64,000 nucleotides of DNA, from the sequence record MK327932.1. One strand, written 5' to 3'. Positions 1 through 9,655 of the stretch are shown in pieces. The position numbers and the translations under genes were made by a program. This DNA is from Escherichia phage vB_EcoM_G2248. The stretch's first letter is position 1, and each line of letters opens with the position of its first letter. The notes beneath the pieces were generated by a model. The model was not told where the DNA came from and made no database searches. It worked only from the letters and a program-made list of their open reading frames with translations.

Positions 1-2109
1 TTAAAATTTAACATTCTTAACCAGTTTCATAAAGTCTTGTGCGCGTTTGTCGTTATGTAGAATACGATACCAGTTATCTACAATATCATACAGTAACGGG
101 CTATTCTCTTTAAACTTCGCACAAACTGCTTTAATTCGTTCGTTTGCTGCCGTGAATTTTTCATCACAGATCTTTTTAGTTTCTTCGTCCATAATCCAAC
201 GAGTATGAAGGAGTAACTTGGAAACCTCTTTATTATAATGGCGACCGTACAGTCTGTCAATAAATTCTGGAATACAGCGTTCTAATTCATCGTCATGAAA
301 CAACATAGTGATCACACCCAGATATTCGCCATACCCCAGATGATTGGTCTTAACCTTCTTAGCCAGACCAGCCAGCTTACCGCGAACAAATTCTAGCGCA
401 CATTCCAATTGTTCGTCAACGAGATATTTTTGTGTCTCATTACGGGTAATAATATACTTTGTTACCCCGAAGTAGTCAAGCGCCATGTGTAATGTATTTT
501 CATTATAGATCGATTGACGGCTACGGCTTTCGAATGCATCCCCCACGCGGAACATGTGCAAGCCTGATAACTCGCGAATCTCTGCCGCTTTCATGTGATG
601 GCTGGTTTTATGCCAACTGTCACCAATCTTTTCCATGATATACACGTTAGGTAGCTTAGGAGTAGCTTCACGTTGTGTACGCTCGGTCTTCTCCGGCTTA
701 ACTGCTTTAGCACGCAGATCATCGGCCTCAGACACTTTAATCACGGTCATTTCAGATTCATCATAATACTGTTTGATGTACTCGAAAGTCTCCATATGTT
801 TTTCGTTGTTCTGACGGAACACCAGTACCTTTTTATTGATGCCGTATTCCTGGACCATGCCGTTAAGAGTCAGTGCACGCAGTTTCGGTTTATCGGTATC
901 ATCAATAAGACACAGAATATCTTCTTTATGCATCCATACAAAATGCGTAATGTTGTATTGACTGCTAACGAAAGCAGGGCGCAATTTACTGATTGTGTGT
1001 CGAGTACGATACAGAGTATACACTTGACCTTCTACGTCATTAGGCGAATCTTTACCAGCATTAACAAACTTATTATAGATTTCTACCGGATCATCCCATT
1101 GTCCGATCTTACCCATCTTGCTAATAATATTGCGTTGAGTCGATGAATACTCGCTCATAAATTGCGCAAGTTTACGCTCTGTTTTAATGTTGGCGATCTT
1201 CTCTTTGACCTTTTCCAACATCATTTCATTGATTTCTGCAATACGTTTTTCGATGTTCGCTTTAGTCTCAATTGACAAGTGAACTTCTTCACGCGATGGC
1301 ATCAGGTCCAGATCACCCAAATCAAAATTAATGTAAATGGTCTGGTGCTGACGGTTTACAGCTTCTAACCATGTTCCGCGAACATATTCATACGGGATCG
1401 GATACTGAATCTTACCCATGATTGCATATACTACATAGGAATCGTTATCACGCCCATTACAAACATAATAATTATCAAAGCTAGGGAAATAATTAATTTC
1501 GATTGCATTGATATTAGGTTTGTGTTCCCCAAAATGACGCAGTACAAATTGCGCTTCTCGATGCCATGTCTGAATATCTTTTTCTTTCACTGGAATAGTG
1601 ATTTTCAGACCATTGTCTTCATCAGTCGGTTCGTCGAAAATCTGCACCATTTTCGGCATAGAGTTTTGCACAAATGCCGTAAAGCCATAAGCGCGACCAT
1701 TGTAACAGTTTACGATTGTAAAGGTGTCAGTGTAGCTATAAGCAGATTTCGCACCTAAACCAAAAGATCCGATATAATCATTAGTTTGGTCTTTTGTTGA
1801 TTCAAAGTAAACCGTAAACAATTGTTCTAATTCTTTCTTAGACGGAATACCAGTACCATAATCACGCACAGAAAAATACGGTTCGATTGCAGTCGGTAAA
1901 TGAATATCAAACGGACGATCTAAGGTTCCGGCTTCTTTGTGAGTGTCGGTAGCATTGCACGAATACTCACGGACGCAAGCACGCTCACAATATTGATAAG
2001 TGTTCTTAGAAAGCACCATAAAAGCCTTGCTACTTGCTTTCAGTGAAAAATCAACCGCACCGCTCAAGTCACTGCCAAATACTTCTTCATTATCAATATG
2101 CATTTTCAT
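1..2109 (-). CDS. rIIA: rIIA-like protein with N-terminal GHKL-type ATPase motifs
   Basis: 702-aa ORF, stop at nt 1-3, ATG at 2107-2109 with GAGGA SD; GHKL G1/G2-like boxes RDYGTGIP and GSFGLGAKS; first gene of T4-like order next to topoisomerase. Confidence 0.75.
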   Translation of the reverse strand: MKMHIDNEEVFGSDLSGAVDFSLKASSKAFMVLSKNTYQYCERACVREYSCNATDTHKEAGTLDRPFDIHLPTAIEPYFSVRDYGTGIPSKKELEQLFTVYFESTKDQTNDYIGSFGLGAKSAYSYTDTFTIVNCYNGRAYGFTAFVQNSMPKMVQIFDEPTDEDNGLKITIPVKEKDIQTWHREAQFVLRHFGEHKPNINAIEINYFPSFDNYYVCNGRDNDSYVVYAIMGKIQYPIPYEYVRGTWLEAVNRQHQTIYINFDLGDLDLMPSREEVHLSIETKANIEKRIAEINEMMLEKVKEKIANIKTERKLAQFMSEYSSTQRNIISKMGKIGQWDDPVEIYNKFVNAGKDSPNDVEGQVYTLYRTRHTISKLRPAFVSSQYNITHFVWMHKEDILCLIDDTDKPKLRALTLNGMVQEYGINKKVLVFRQNNEKHMETFEYIKQYYDESEMTVIKVSEADDLRAKAVKPEKTERTQREATPKLPNVYIMEKIGDSWHKTSHHMKAAEIRELSGLHMFRVGDAFESRSRQSIYNENTLHMALDYFGVTKYIITRNETQKYLVDEQLECALEFVRGKLAGLAKKVKTNHLGYGEYLGVITMLFHDDELERCIPEFIDRLYGRHYNKEVSKLLLHTRWIMDEETKKICDEKFTAANERIKAVCAKFKENSPLLYDIVDNWYRILHNDKRAQDFMKLVKNVKF

Positions 2110-2123
2110 AATATAATCCTCAC

Positions 2124-2381
2124 TTAATTAAAATCTTCTTTGTCCATCTCTGCGTAGATTACATCCCACGCCCATAAATCAATAAACGCATTATATGTCA
2201 CGGTGCAATCGTTGTCAATCACTTCTTTCGCATATTTCTTGATGTTTTCGTAGGAAACTTGCGGGTCAATTTTGTGTTTACGAAGGTGCGCATATTCATA
2301 CCTCAAACATTTCATAAACAGGTCCATCGATTTCTTTTCTCGATGACACTTGGCGATCAGAAAATCAAAACTTCGACTCAT
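2124..2381 (-). CDS. hypothetical protein (rIIA.1 position)
   Basis: 85-aa ORF co-oriented, tightly packed between rIIA and downstream genes; no recognisable motif. Confidence 0.45.
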   Translation of the reverse strand: MSRSFDFLIAKCHREKKSMDLFMKCLRYEYAHLRKHKIDPQVSYENIKKYAKEVIDNDCTVTYNAFIDLWAWDVIYAEMDKEDFN

Positions 2382-2578
2382 TTTCTACTCCTTATACATT
2401 TTCAATCACCCATTGCAGATGGGCTTCTGCGTCAACCAGTTAAGCGCGGCTTTTCTCTAAGCACTTGCTGTATTCTTTACGTTCCCAATCAGCAATTTCG
2501 TTTTTCAGGACTTCTTCATAGTAAGCAATTACGCCTTTCAGGTCTGAAACTTTACGGCTTGCCAATTCGATGTAATGG

Positions 2579-2773
2579 TTACGCATTTTGATTCTCCTTT
2601 GTTACTAGATAACGAATTTGGTCTTGCATTGCGATCAGTTCCCAGCGTGCTACTTTCATCATGGAAACTGACTCTTTGAACATAATATTAGCTTTTTCCT
2701 TATTCCCTGTCAAGTAGATTTCTGCAATTTTTTCACAAAATTTTTGAGTTTCTTCATTCTTAAACGGTTTCAT
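2579..2773 (-). CDS. hypothetical small protein
   Basis: track ORF begins at TTG; first ATG gives MKPFKNEE...; preceded by promoter cassette at 2804-2832. Confidence 0.4.
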   Translation of the reverse strand: MKPFKNEETQKFCEKIAEIYLTGNKEKANIMFKESVSMMKVARWELIAMQDQIRYLVTKENQNA

Positions 2774-2803
2774 ATAAGTCAACCTTTTGTTTTCGATGGG
2801 GAC

Positions 2804-2832
2804 ATTATGATATATCCCCGATCCAGTGTCAA
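2804..2832 (-). promoter_or_regulatory. sigma70-type early promoter cassette
   Basis: minus-sense TTGACA-N17-CATAAT; G/C-rich inverted repeat in the spacer; then CATCGAAA leader. Confidence 0.5.
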
Positions 2833-2839
2833 CAGATTT

Positions 2840-3139
2840 TTAATCTTTTTTCAGTGCGTCCATTACTCGCTCTGCGATCAGTTCTCGTAAGCACTGATAA
2901 CCATGATATTTGATGGCAATGTCACGCAGATCATTAACCAGTTCCCGTACTTCATGGTCTTTCAGATCGTCTCTGTATTTCGATTTAACCGTGTCTTTAG
3001 GTGGATTGTGGATAACCTGAAAACCTTGTTCTGCAATCACTGCGGCTTCGCGCTGGCGTTCATGCTGTACTGTATTTTTGATCAGGTCTGCTTCCATGAA
3101 CTTTGCCATACTCATCATCATGTTATTCTTTTTGCTCAT
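2840..3139 (-). CDS. hypothetical protein
   Basis: track ORF starts at TTG; internal ATG at 3137-3139 has GAGGA SD 8 nt upstream (MSKKNNMMMS...); promoter at 3174-3201. Confidence 0.5.
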   Translation of the reverse strand: MSKKNNMMMSMAKFMEADLIKNTVQHERQREAAVIAEQGFQVIHNPPKDTVKSKYRDDLKDHEVRELVNDLRDIAIKYHGYQCLRELIAERVMDALKKD

Positions 3140-3173
3140 TATTAAATCCTCATAAAAGAAAAGGGAGACTCCC

Positions 3174-3201
3174 ATTATAGAGAATCTCCCTTGTATGTCA
3201 A
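3174..3201 (-). promoter_or_regulatory. sigma70-type early promoter cassette
   Basis: TTGACA-N16-TATAAT followed by GGGAGTCTCCC palindrome. Confidence 0.5.
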
Positions 3202-3204
3202 GTG

Positions 3205-5028
3205 TTATGATTGCATCCAAATTTTGCGCTGATCTGCATCTTCACTATAGAGCAAATCGAATAGCTCTTTATAGTTTTCCGGTAACGTGATGATCTCCAT
3301 GACAGGATCGTTGATCACGCGATGATAGTCTGATTCTGTGAGCGATGCTAAACCTTTGATATATCGAATGTTGTAACCTTTGATATTATCTCGGTCGTTC
3401 TCGAAATCTTCTAGGTCATAATACCATCGAACATCATCACCTTTCTTTGGTTCCGCAATGATAATAGGTGTTTTGATAAACCGGATTCGTCCATCTTCGA
3501 ACAATTCAGGCCAACGTGCAAAGAAAGAGATCAGACTAGGTTTAATAGACCCGATCCCGTCAGTATCAGCGTCTGTCATAATCGCAATATTTTTGTATTG
3601 CATAACGTCCAGCGCATCAACACCAAATTGCAAACCAGTGATCGCCATGATGTTAAAAATTTCGGCGTTCTTAACGATCTTTGCCTCTGGTTGTTCCCAC
3701 GTTGTAAGAGTTTTACCTCGCAACGGGAAACCGCCATGTAAATCTTGATCACGTACAGAGATCAGATAGTTGATCGCGGAATCACCTTCCGTCAAAAACA
3801 GGGTAGTTTCTGCGTCAGTTCCAATAAGGTTAGCTTTAACGTGTTTTGCCACCTTAGCCCGTTTCGCTGCCTTTGCTGCCTTAGTCGCTGCCGCTTTATC
3901 TGCTGCCTCTTTGCGTGCCAGGACTACAGCAATAATAGGCATGATAATGTTTTCTTTCTTAGCAATGACTTTAGCCAGCTTTTTAAAATCCAGATCAATG
4001 TGTCGCTTGATATCACCAGTTGGGTTAGTCAAGCGTTCTTTTGTCTGTGAATCAAAACGAAGGTTAGGCAATTCACGAACAATAAGAATACAGGTCAATC
4101 CAGACTTAACCGCAGCTTTAGTAACATCAACCTTATATTCTTTCTTGATTCGTTTTACAATCTCTTCACAAAGATCATCTGTCACGTAGTCTACGTGTGT
4201 TCCCCCGTTTTTGGTAAACAGACCGTTAGCAAAGGATACTGATTTAAAACCTTCTCCCTCGACCGCCGGAACTAGGGCAAGTGAAAAGTTTTTATCTTCA
4301 ATGACAAACGGATCATCATTGTATAGTTTAGCATAATCCTTGAACTTGCTGGTTATCTTTTTGCCATTAAACTTAAACGTGATCTTAGGAAAGATTACAC
4401 TCAATGAATACATTCGATCGCAAATCACATCTGAAATTTCTTGTGACATGATCATACCTTCAAAATGATCGAAATCGGGGCAGAACGTAACCTTAGTTCC
4501 TTTCAGTTTTGACGGCTTAGATGACCAGCTAATATTTTCTGCACCATTGGTACATTGAACGGTCAGTTCATTCTCTCCGTCACACGTCACACCAGTAAAC
4601 CAGGACGAGAAAAATGATGTGAGCGCGCTTCCGATCCCATTCATACCCATAGTAACACGATTTGTATCATCAAAGTTAGACCCTGCTTTAGCTCGTGTCC
4701 ATGCAGCAACTGGTTGTGGAATCTGTTTCCCTTCTGGCGTCGTAACAATATGTTGCGGAATACCGCGACCATTATCTGTTACTGACACAATGTTATCTTT
4801 TATATCCACACTAATAACATTAGCGTACTCAAAATTAGTGCGGATCGCCTCGTCCACAGAATTGTCGATAATTTCATCAATAATTTTAACTAGACCGGGA
4901 ACGTATGAAACTTTGGTCCATTTTCCAAATAGGAAACGATTGTGTGATTCATAAGTCGTTGACCCGATGTACATTGAAGGTCTCTTAAGACAGTGAGCGC
5001 GATCATCCAACAGCAAAAATTCAGACAT
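3205..5028 (-). CDS. 39: DNA topoisomerase II large (ATPase) subunit, gp39 with gp60-equivalent C-terminus fused
   Basis: 607 aa; GyrB-type GHKL ATPase motifs (DNGRGIP, GLHG-like) and TOPRIM-like region; length matches T2-type uninterrupted 39 rather than split T4 39+60. Confidence 0.9.
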   Translation of the reverse strand: MSEFLLLDDRAHCLKRPSMYIGSTTYESHNRFLFGKWTKVSYVPGLVKIIDEIIDNSVDEAIRTNFEYANVISVDIKDNIVSVTDNGRGIPQHIVTTPEGKQIPQPVAAWTRAKAGSNFDDTNRVTMGMNGIGSALTSFFSSWFTGVTCDGENELTVQCTNGAENISWSSKPSKLKGTKVTFCPDFDHFEGMIMSQEISDVICDRMYSLSVIFPKITFKFNGKKITSKFKDYAKLYNDDPFVIEDKNFSLALVPAVEGEGFKSVSFANGLFTKNGGTHVDYVTDDLCEEIVKRIKKEYKVDVTKAAVKSGLTCILIVRELPNLRFDSQTKERLTNPTGDIKRHIDLDFKKLAKVIAKKENIIMPIIAVVLARKEAADKAAATKAAKAAKRAKVAKHVKANLIGTDAETTLFLTEGDSAINYLISVRDQDLHGGFPLRGKTLTTWEQPEAKIVKNAEIFNIMAITGLQFGVDALDVMQYKNIAIMTDADTDGIGSIKPSLISFFARWPELFEDGRIRFIKTPIIIAEPKKGDDVRWYYDLEDFENDRDNIKGYNIRYIKGLASLTESDYHRVINDPVMEIITLPENYKELFDLLYSEDADQRKIWMQS

Positions 5029-5034
5029 ATTATA

Positions 5035-5778
5035 TCATTCTCCGTCAGTTCGTTTCAGGTATTCCAATGCCGCATATAATCTTTGAGGATCGTCTTTGAA
5101 CATCCCTAATCCGGCATTACATTTTCCACAAAGAACACCTCTTATCTTACCAGTCTTATGATTATGGTCAAGATGTTTCCACTTTTGGCGTTTTCTCACG
5201 CCGCATCGTTCATTTATGAATTTTACACCGCATATCTCGCAATTGTCAACTCTGCCTAAAATTTCTAACGCTTCTCTTTTTGATATTTTTATACCATTTT
5301 CGGCATGATGATATGGCCTATCTAGTTCTCGCTCTCGCTTCTCAAACAATCGACACTCATCAGAACAATACTTTTGAGATACGTTTATTGCAACAAATGG
5401 TTTACCACATTTAGCGCATTCTCGTTCAATCTTTATGTTTTGTGCCTGGTCCAACGATGCGCAACGAGAACAGCAAAATTTATGATAGCCTTTAGAGTAT
5501 GTATGATAATTTACAGGATTTGGGCATCTTGCACATTTAACTATTCCTGTTATTCCGTGGCGCAATCTATAAACAGCCTCGTTATATGGTTGTTGATTTC
5601 TGAGACCTCCATTACAGAACTTAAACTCATTCCTTATAATCTGAAATTCAGCAGGATACAATTTTTCCATTTCTGGAATTTTATTTTCTTTAAAAAGATT
5701 TGAGTTTAGTCTATTTCCGCTTTTCGCCTCCAGAACATCAACAATAAACTTTTTGATGTTCACTTTTTCTCTCTCCAA
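5035..5778 (-). CDS. HNH endonuclease of the Endo VII type with N-terminal zinc-ribbon repeats (probable homing endonuclease)
   Basis: C-terminal HLDHNHKTGKIRGVLCGKCNAGLG matches the T4 endonuclease VII catalytic signature; several CxxC...CxxC ribbons upstream; locally AT-rich. Confidence 0.65.
   Translation of the reverse strand: MEREKVNIKKFIVDVLEAKSGNRLNSNLFKENKIPEMEKLYPAEFQIIRNEFKFCNGGLRNQQPYNEAVYRLRHGITGIVKCARCPNPVNYHTYSKGYHKFCCSRCASLDQAQNIKIERECAKCGKPFVAINVSQKYCSDECRLFEKRERELDRPYHHAENGIKISKREALEILGRVDNCEICGVKFINERCGVRKRQKWKHLDHNHKTGKIRGVLCGKCNAGLGMFKDDPQRLYAALEYLKRTDGE
5035..5778 (-). mobile_element. free-standing HNH homing-endonuclease-like gene inserted between topoisomerase and dexA
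   Basis: endonuclease signature plus compositional shift; no T4 counterpart at this position. Confidence 0.45.
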
Positions 5779-5866
5779 TACATAACATAACCATAACTTA
5801 CTGCAACCGCCACAAAGACGGCTGCAACAATCATATTAAAAATTGAGTGATTGTCAAGTATATGAC

Positions 5867-6040
5867 TCATGACACGCGCACATTTTTATCATAGTACCCG
5901 CCATTAATCCCGCGCGGGGCGGTTAATCCCTGTTTGCATTCTTTACCACATTCAGGGCATTCTGCCTTTTCACGTTCGGAAATTTTGCGGATTTTCTGAA
6001 ATTGACCGTGTTCTTCACAAGAATAATCATATAATGGCAT
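5867..6040 (-). CDS. small zinc-ribbon protein (FmdB-like CxxC...CPxCG)
   Basis: internal ATG at 6038-6040 (MPLYDYSCEEHGQF...CPECGK); track ORF extends further 5' over dexA. Confidence 0.45.
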   Translation of the reverse strand: MPLYDYSCEEHGQFQKIRKISEREKAECPECGKECKQGLTAPRGINGGYYDKNVRVS

Positions 6041-6041
6041 A

Positions 6042-6710
6042 TTATCCCCTTTGTTTCTTAACTGAATTTGGATCTGGATTTTCTGGCAAGTCTTCCAGAC
6101 CCATAGCATAACGTTGTGCATAGATTAGCATAAGAATATCGCGAGCGCAATCATGAATCGCATCATGTGCGATAAAACCATCTAGCGTACCCATTGGTAA
6201 CGGACACTCACACATCCCGCGATGCATCAATGTACGCTCAATGGCGGTACGAACATCTCGGATGTTCCAGAATCGCACAGGTTCAAGATTGAACGTCTCT
6301 CGTGTATTGTGTGAACGGCGGATCATATCAACTAGTAACGGAATATCAAACGCATTACCGCGTGACCACATTACGGATTTAACCGGATCTACTCCTACGG
6401 CTTCACAGAATGCGTTAAAACGCGCTAAACCTTCTTTAGTTGATACTTCCGTACCATTTGTGATTAATTGCTTTCTCATGCCTTCTGAGGCGGTATTCTT
6501 CCACCATTCAACCACACCATGATCAAACACCCTTACACCTTTCTGGGAAGGAATATCAAATTTTACCAGAAAGGAATTGTCAACCAGTTCTTTAAATGTA
6601 GGTGGATTGTGCGGATCTTCTTTAAATCCGATTGCCGCCATATTGATCACCGCCCCATCAGGCGGATAACCTAAACTTTCAAAGTCAATCATTAAATCCA
6701 CTGGAAGCAT
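6042..6710 (-). CDS. dexA: exonuclease A (DEDD-type 3'-5' exonuclease)
   Basis: start at internal ATG (MLPVDLMIDFESLG...), about 222 aa as in T4 DexA; position upstream of dda. Confidence 0.75.
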   Translation of the reverse strand: MLPVDLMIDFESLGYPPDGAVINMAAIGFKEDPHNPPTFKELVDNSFLVKFDIPSQKGVRVFDHGVVEWWKNTASEGMRKQLITNGTEVSTKEGLARFNAFCEAVGVDPVKSVMWSRGNAFDIPLLVDMIRRSHNTRETFNLEPVRFWNIRDVRTAIERTLMHRGMCECPLPMGTLDGFIAHDAIHDCARDILMLIYAQRYAMGLEDLPENPDPNSVKKQRG

Positions 6711-6711
6711 T

Positions 6712-6954
6712 TTAAATATCCTCCGCGATGTGCCGGAATAACTCCAGATCATTTTTATCAAGAATGAAACCACTACAATCAATAATTCCTTTACCGTAAT
6801 TATCGATTAATAGTCGGTCCGTTGCCATGTATGCGCGTACTTTGTTGTTAAAATTAATTACATGTTGTGCATAGTCACAATGAATCTTTTGACGGTTCCA
6901 CGCGACAATTGATTGTAGATGTATTACATTAGCCATATCATTAATAACAACCAT
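6712..6954 (-). CDS. hypothetical protein
   Basis: 80-aa ORF, ATG at 6952-6954 with GAGG SD, stop abuts dexA start. Confidence 0.5.
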   Translation of the reverse strand: MVVINDMANVIHLQSIVAWNRQKIHCDYAQHVINFNNKVRAYMATDRLLIDNYGKGIIDCSGFILDKNDLELFRHIAEDI

Positions 6955-6957
6955 ATC

Positions 6958-7128
6958 AAAAACCTCGCTTAGTGAAATGCTCGATCATTTTATTGATACA
7001 TGCAGCTTCACTATCGCCGGACACGTTCCAGCCGTATAGACCCCATCTAAAGCACATGGTAACAGTTCCATTGTGACGGCTTACCGTCACATCATTAAAT
7101 TCTGGGATACTTCGCATAATCATAATAA
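6958..7128 (-). CDS. hypothetical small protein (56 aa)
   Basis: untracked short ORF with GAGGA SD, fills the gap between dda and the next gene. Confidence 0.3.
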
Positions 7129-7133
7129 TTTCC

Positions 7134-8525
7134 TCAAATATAGTCTACTCGATACCGCGCACGGGTAACACCCACATATAATAACTGCATTGCCAATTCA
7201 AAGTCAACATTGTCTGTACACATACAAGGAGTATACAGGAACACGCGGTCTACGCTGACCCCTTGTGACTTATGAATGGTGCAAGCTGGTAATGCTTTTA
7301 CATTCAAGAACATACGTTTAATCGTCCAGAAGGAATCCCAATCTGGTTTAAATTTTGGATTCTCTTTCTTCATTTCGCGATATTGTCCGGCGACCGTATT
7401 CAGATAGATAAAGAAAATGTTCTTCTGACGTTGTTCTGTCAGAATGTTGATTTCTACCAAATCCGGTTTATCTGTAGTGATTCCGACTGCATCTAAACCG
7501 ACTTTCTGATTTAGGATTTCTTTGTCTTCGTCATCATCGACGCTTTCCACTTTCAGAGTATAGCCTAAAACTGGTTGCGGATCTACCCCCGTGCAACGTA
7601 ATGTAAATTCACGCGGGATGACCTCTTTAACTCGGATCATCTCACCATTGTTAAAAATGACATTGGGAATCTTCTTCCCGCGTTCATCTCGCAGATATTC
7701 GATCAACGGTTCCTGAGTAACCAGAATTTCATCTACAATCACTGGTTCATCTGTGTTATAAACGCGCTTGCGCACAATTTCATTGAGTTTTTCGACGCTC
7801 TTGTTAGTGTAAGCCAGAATACGGTTTTCTAGAAGGTCTTCCGGCGTTTTAACGGTTTCGAAATAATGTTTCATAAACTCCGGCAGAGTTGAGCTATGGA
7901 ATACACCCTCGTTACCGCACTGCTTTTCGAATACCCATTTACCGTTACGGACAGCGGTCGCCACATCAATGATCGGTGCATTAGAACGTTTAATTTCTGT
8001 CAACTCCACGTTTTGAAAATTTTCATCCGTGAAGAAAGGAGAAATTGACGTTGCACCGCTCGGATCAACTGGTCGTAACTGGTGCGGATCGCCAACGGCA
8101 ATAATAACAATTCGACCGTTGATACTCTTCATGAGAATATCAAATAACTTCTTATCGACCATACTCGCTTCATCAACAATGATGATCTGAACATCATCTA
8201 GTTTAGGAGTATCTTTTTGTTCAAATACTTGAGTATCTTCATAGTTGGTCGGGTTTAGTCGCAATAAAGCATGTAAAGTAAATGCTTGACGACCTACCGC
8301 TTTACTCAAAACTTTTTTAGCCTGGTGGGTAGGCGTTGCCAAAACCACACCAGTTACACCACGGCGGACCATTTCCTGAACAATGAATTTCATCATTGCG
8401 GTTTTACCAGTACCCGCCGCACCACGGACAGTTGTATGCTTCTTTTGTTCAATTCGTTTCATTAGAACATCAAAAGCATGTTTTTGTCCGTCTGTCAACA
8501 TATCGAAAGTTAATACTCTGCTCAT
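7134..8525 (-). CDS. dda: Dda-type SF1 DNA helicase
   Basis: 463 aa; Walker A GAAGTGKT, Walker B IIVDEASM, C-terminal LYVGVTRARY; collinear with T4 Dda. Confidence 0.9.
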   Translation of the reverse strand: MSRVLTFDMLTDGQKHAFDVLMKRIEQKKHTTVRGAAGTGKTAMMKFIVQEMVRRGVTGVVLATPTHQAKKVLSKAVGRQAFTLHALLRLNPTNYEDTQVFEQKDTPKLDDVQIIIVDEASMVDKKLFDILMKSINGRIVIIAVGDPHQLRPVDPSGATSISPFFTDENFQNVELTEIKRSNAPIIDVATAVRNGKWVFEKQCGNEGVFHSSTLPEFMKHYFETVKTPEDLLENRILAYTNKSVEKLNEIVRKRVYNTDEPVIVDEILVTQEPLIEYLRDERGKKIPNVIFNNGEMIRVKEVIPREFTLRCTGVDPQPVLGYTLKVESVDDDEDKEILNQKVGLDAVGITTDKPDLVEINILTEQRQKNIFFIYLNTVAGQYREMKKENPKFKPDWDSFWTIKRMFLNVKALPACTIHKSQGVSVDRVFLYTPCMCTDNVDFELAMQLLYVGVTRARYRVDYI

Positions 8526-8839
8526 TATCCTAAAATCCTCACCTTGCGAACACAGATAGTATTGAGTTCCCGCCGTACCCGTTCTTTTTCATATTCAGGA
8601 ATTTTGTATTCTATACCATCCCGAACAATTTCAGAAGATCGGATTATACCAAATTTTCTTTTAGGCACAACCTTGTATTTCGGTTCGCCTGCCAATAGAC
8701 TCTCACAATAATCTATCTGATCACACATTGACGCTAACGCAGCATCATGTGTTTCGCAAGTTAGGACGCGACCTTTCGCGTCCACTGAGTATTGAAAGAA
8801 TCCGTCTTTATCACGATAACATACAGCAAATACATGCAT
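8525..8839 (-). CDS. hypothetical protein (dda.1 position)
   Basis: 104-aa ORF, start overlaps upstream stop. Confidence 0.5.
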   Translation of the reverse strand: MHVFAVCYRDKDGFFQYSVDAKGRVLTCETHDAALASMCDQIDYCESLLAGEPKYKVVPKRKFGIIRSSEIVRDGIEYKIPEYEKERVRRELNTICVRKVRILG

Positions 8840-9594
8840 TATAAACCTACCTTCGCTTTCATCAATTCAATCCACGACGCATCAATCGGAAGCCCGTATT
8901 TCACGCGTTCTTTTTGTGCTGGCGTTAAGTTCTCATACTTAGAAAGAGATTCAATCAAAACGCTGGTATATTTTAGCACGATTTCGGTATTGTTTGCAAT
9001 AGCCTTGAGTTTTTCCTCTTTCTTGTTGATTTCGCTAAGGGCTTGCTTGAGATCTGCAATTTTCTGATAACGTTCTTCCATACGGAAGATAGTATTTTTA
9101 ATCGCTCGCTCGGCTGCCTCTGCTTTCTCCGGTTCGTTGTGCTTTTTGTGGCGCTCGATTGCTAATTTCTTTTCTTCGATTGCTATTTCCTGATTTTTGA
9201 TGCGATTCTCGTTAAGTTCGATCCACTCGATGTACTTCGCACGTAGGGCAATTTCATCATCAGAAAGTTTACCGTTAGTTCCTAGTTCCTGAATCTCTTT
9301 AAGAGATTCGATAGTGTGATTGCCACGGAAAGAATTATATTTCAGTTTAACCGGAATTACATTGCCATCAACATATCCCAGATTGCAATCAATGCGCTCT
9401 AAGGAGAGTCCGTCATCACCTTCACCGAAAGCCTCACCTGAATAGGCGCAATGAGTCTGACGGTAAATGTTACGCACAGTGACTAAGCTCATAGAGAAGT
9501 CTTTGTTGCGACGTGAAGCGCCAGCCATGATAGAGTTCAGACGGAAAACAACCAGCGCCAGTTCTTCGTTAGATTTAAAAGCAAACAGTTTCAT
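8839..9594 (-). CDS. hypothetical protein with K/E-rich coiled-coil C-terminus (srd position)
   Basis: 251-aa ORF; ATG at 9592-9594 with GGAGAATCAATTATG; promoter cassette at 9624-9652. Confidence 0.5.
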   Translation of the reverse strand: MKLFAFKSNEELALVVFRLNSIMAGASRRNKDFSMSLVTVRNIYRQTHCAYSGEAFGEGDDGLSLERIDCNLGYVDGNVIPVKLKYNSFRGNHTIESLKEIQELGTNGKLSDDEIALRAKYIEWIELNENRIKNQEIAIEEKKLAIERHKKHNEPEKAEAAERAIKNTIFRMEERYQKIADLKQALSEINKKEEKLKAIANNTEIVLKYTSVLIESLSKYENLTPAQKERVKYGLPIDASWIELMKAKVGL

Positions 9595-9623
9595 AATTGA
9601 TTCTCCTTAGTTGGTATGTGTGT

Positions 9624-9652
9624 ATTATTGTCTATCTGGTTTGTGCTGTCAA
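9624..9652 (-). promoter_or_regulatory. sigma70-type early promoter
   Basis: TTGACA-N17-AATAAT upstream of GGAGAATCAATTATG. Confidence 0.45.
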
Positions 9653-9655
9653 CAC

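Noticed and set aside
8839-9594. Anti-sigma factor Srd assignment for the 251-aa ORF
   Set aside because: Only positional support (after dda, before the Mod-like gene); I cannot see a sigma70 region-like motif, so left as hypothetical
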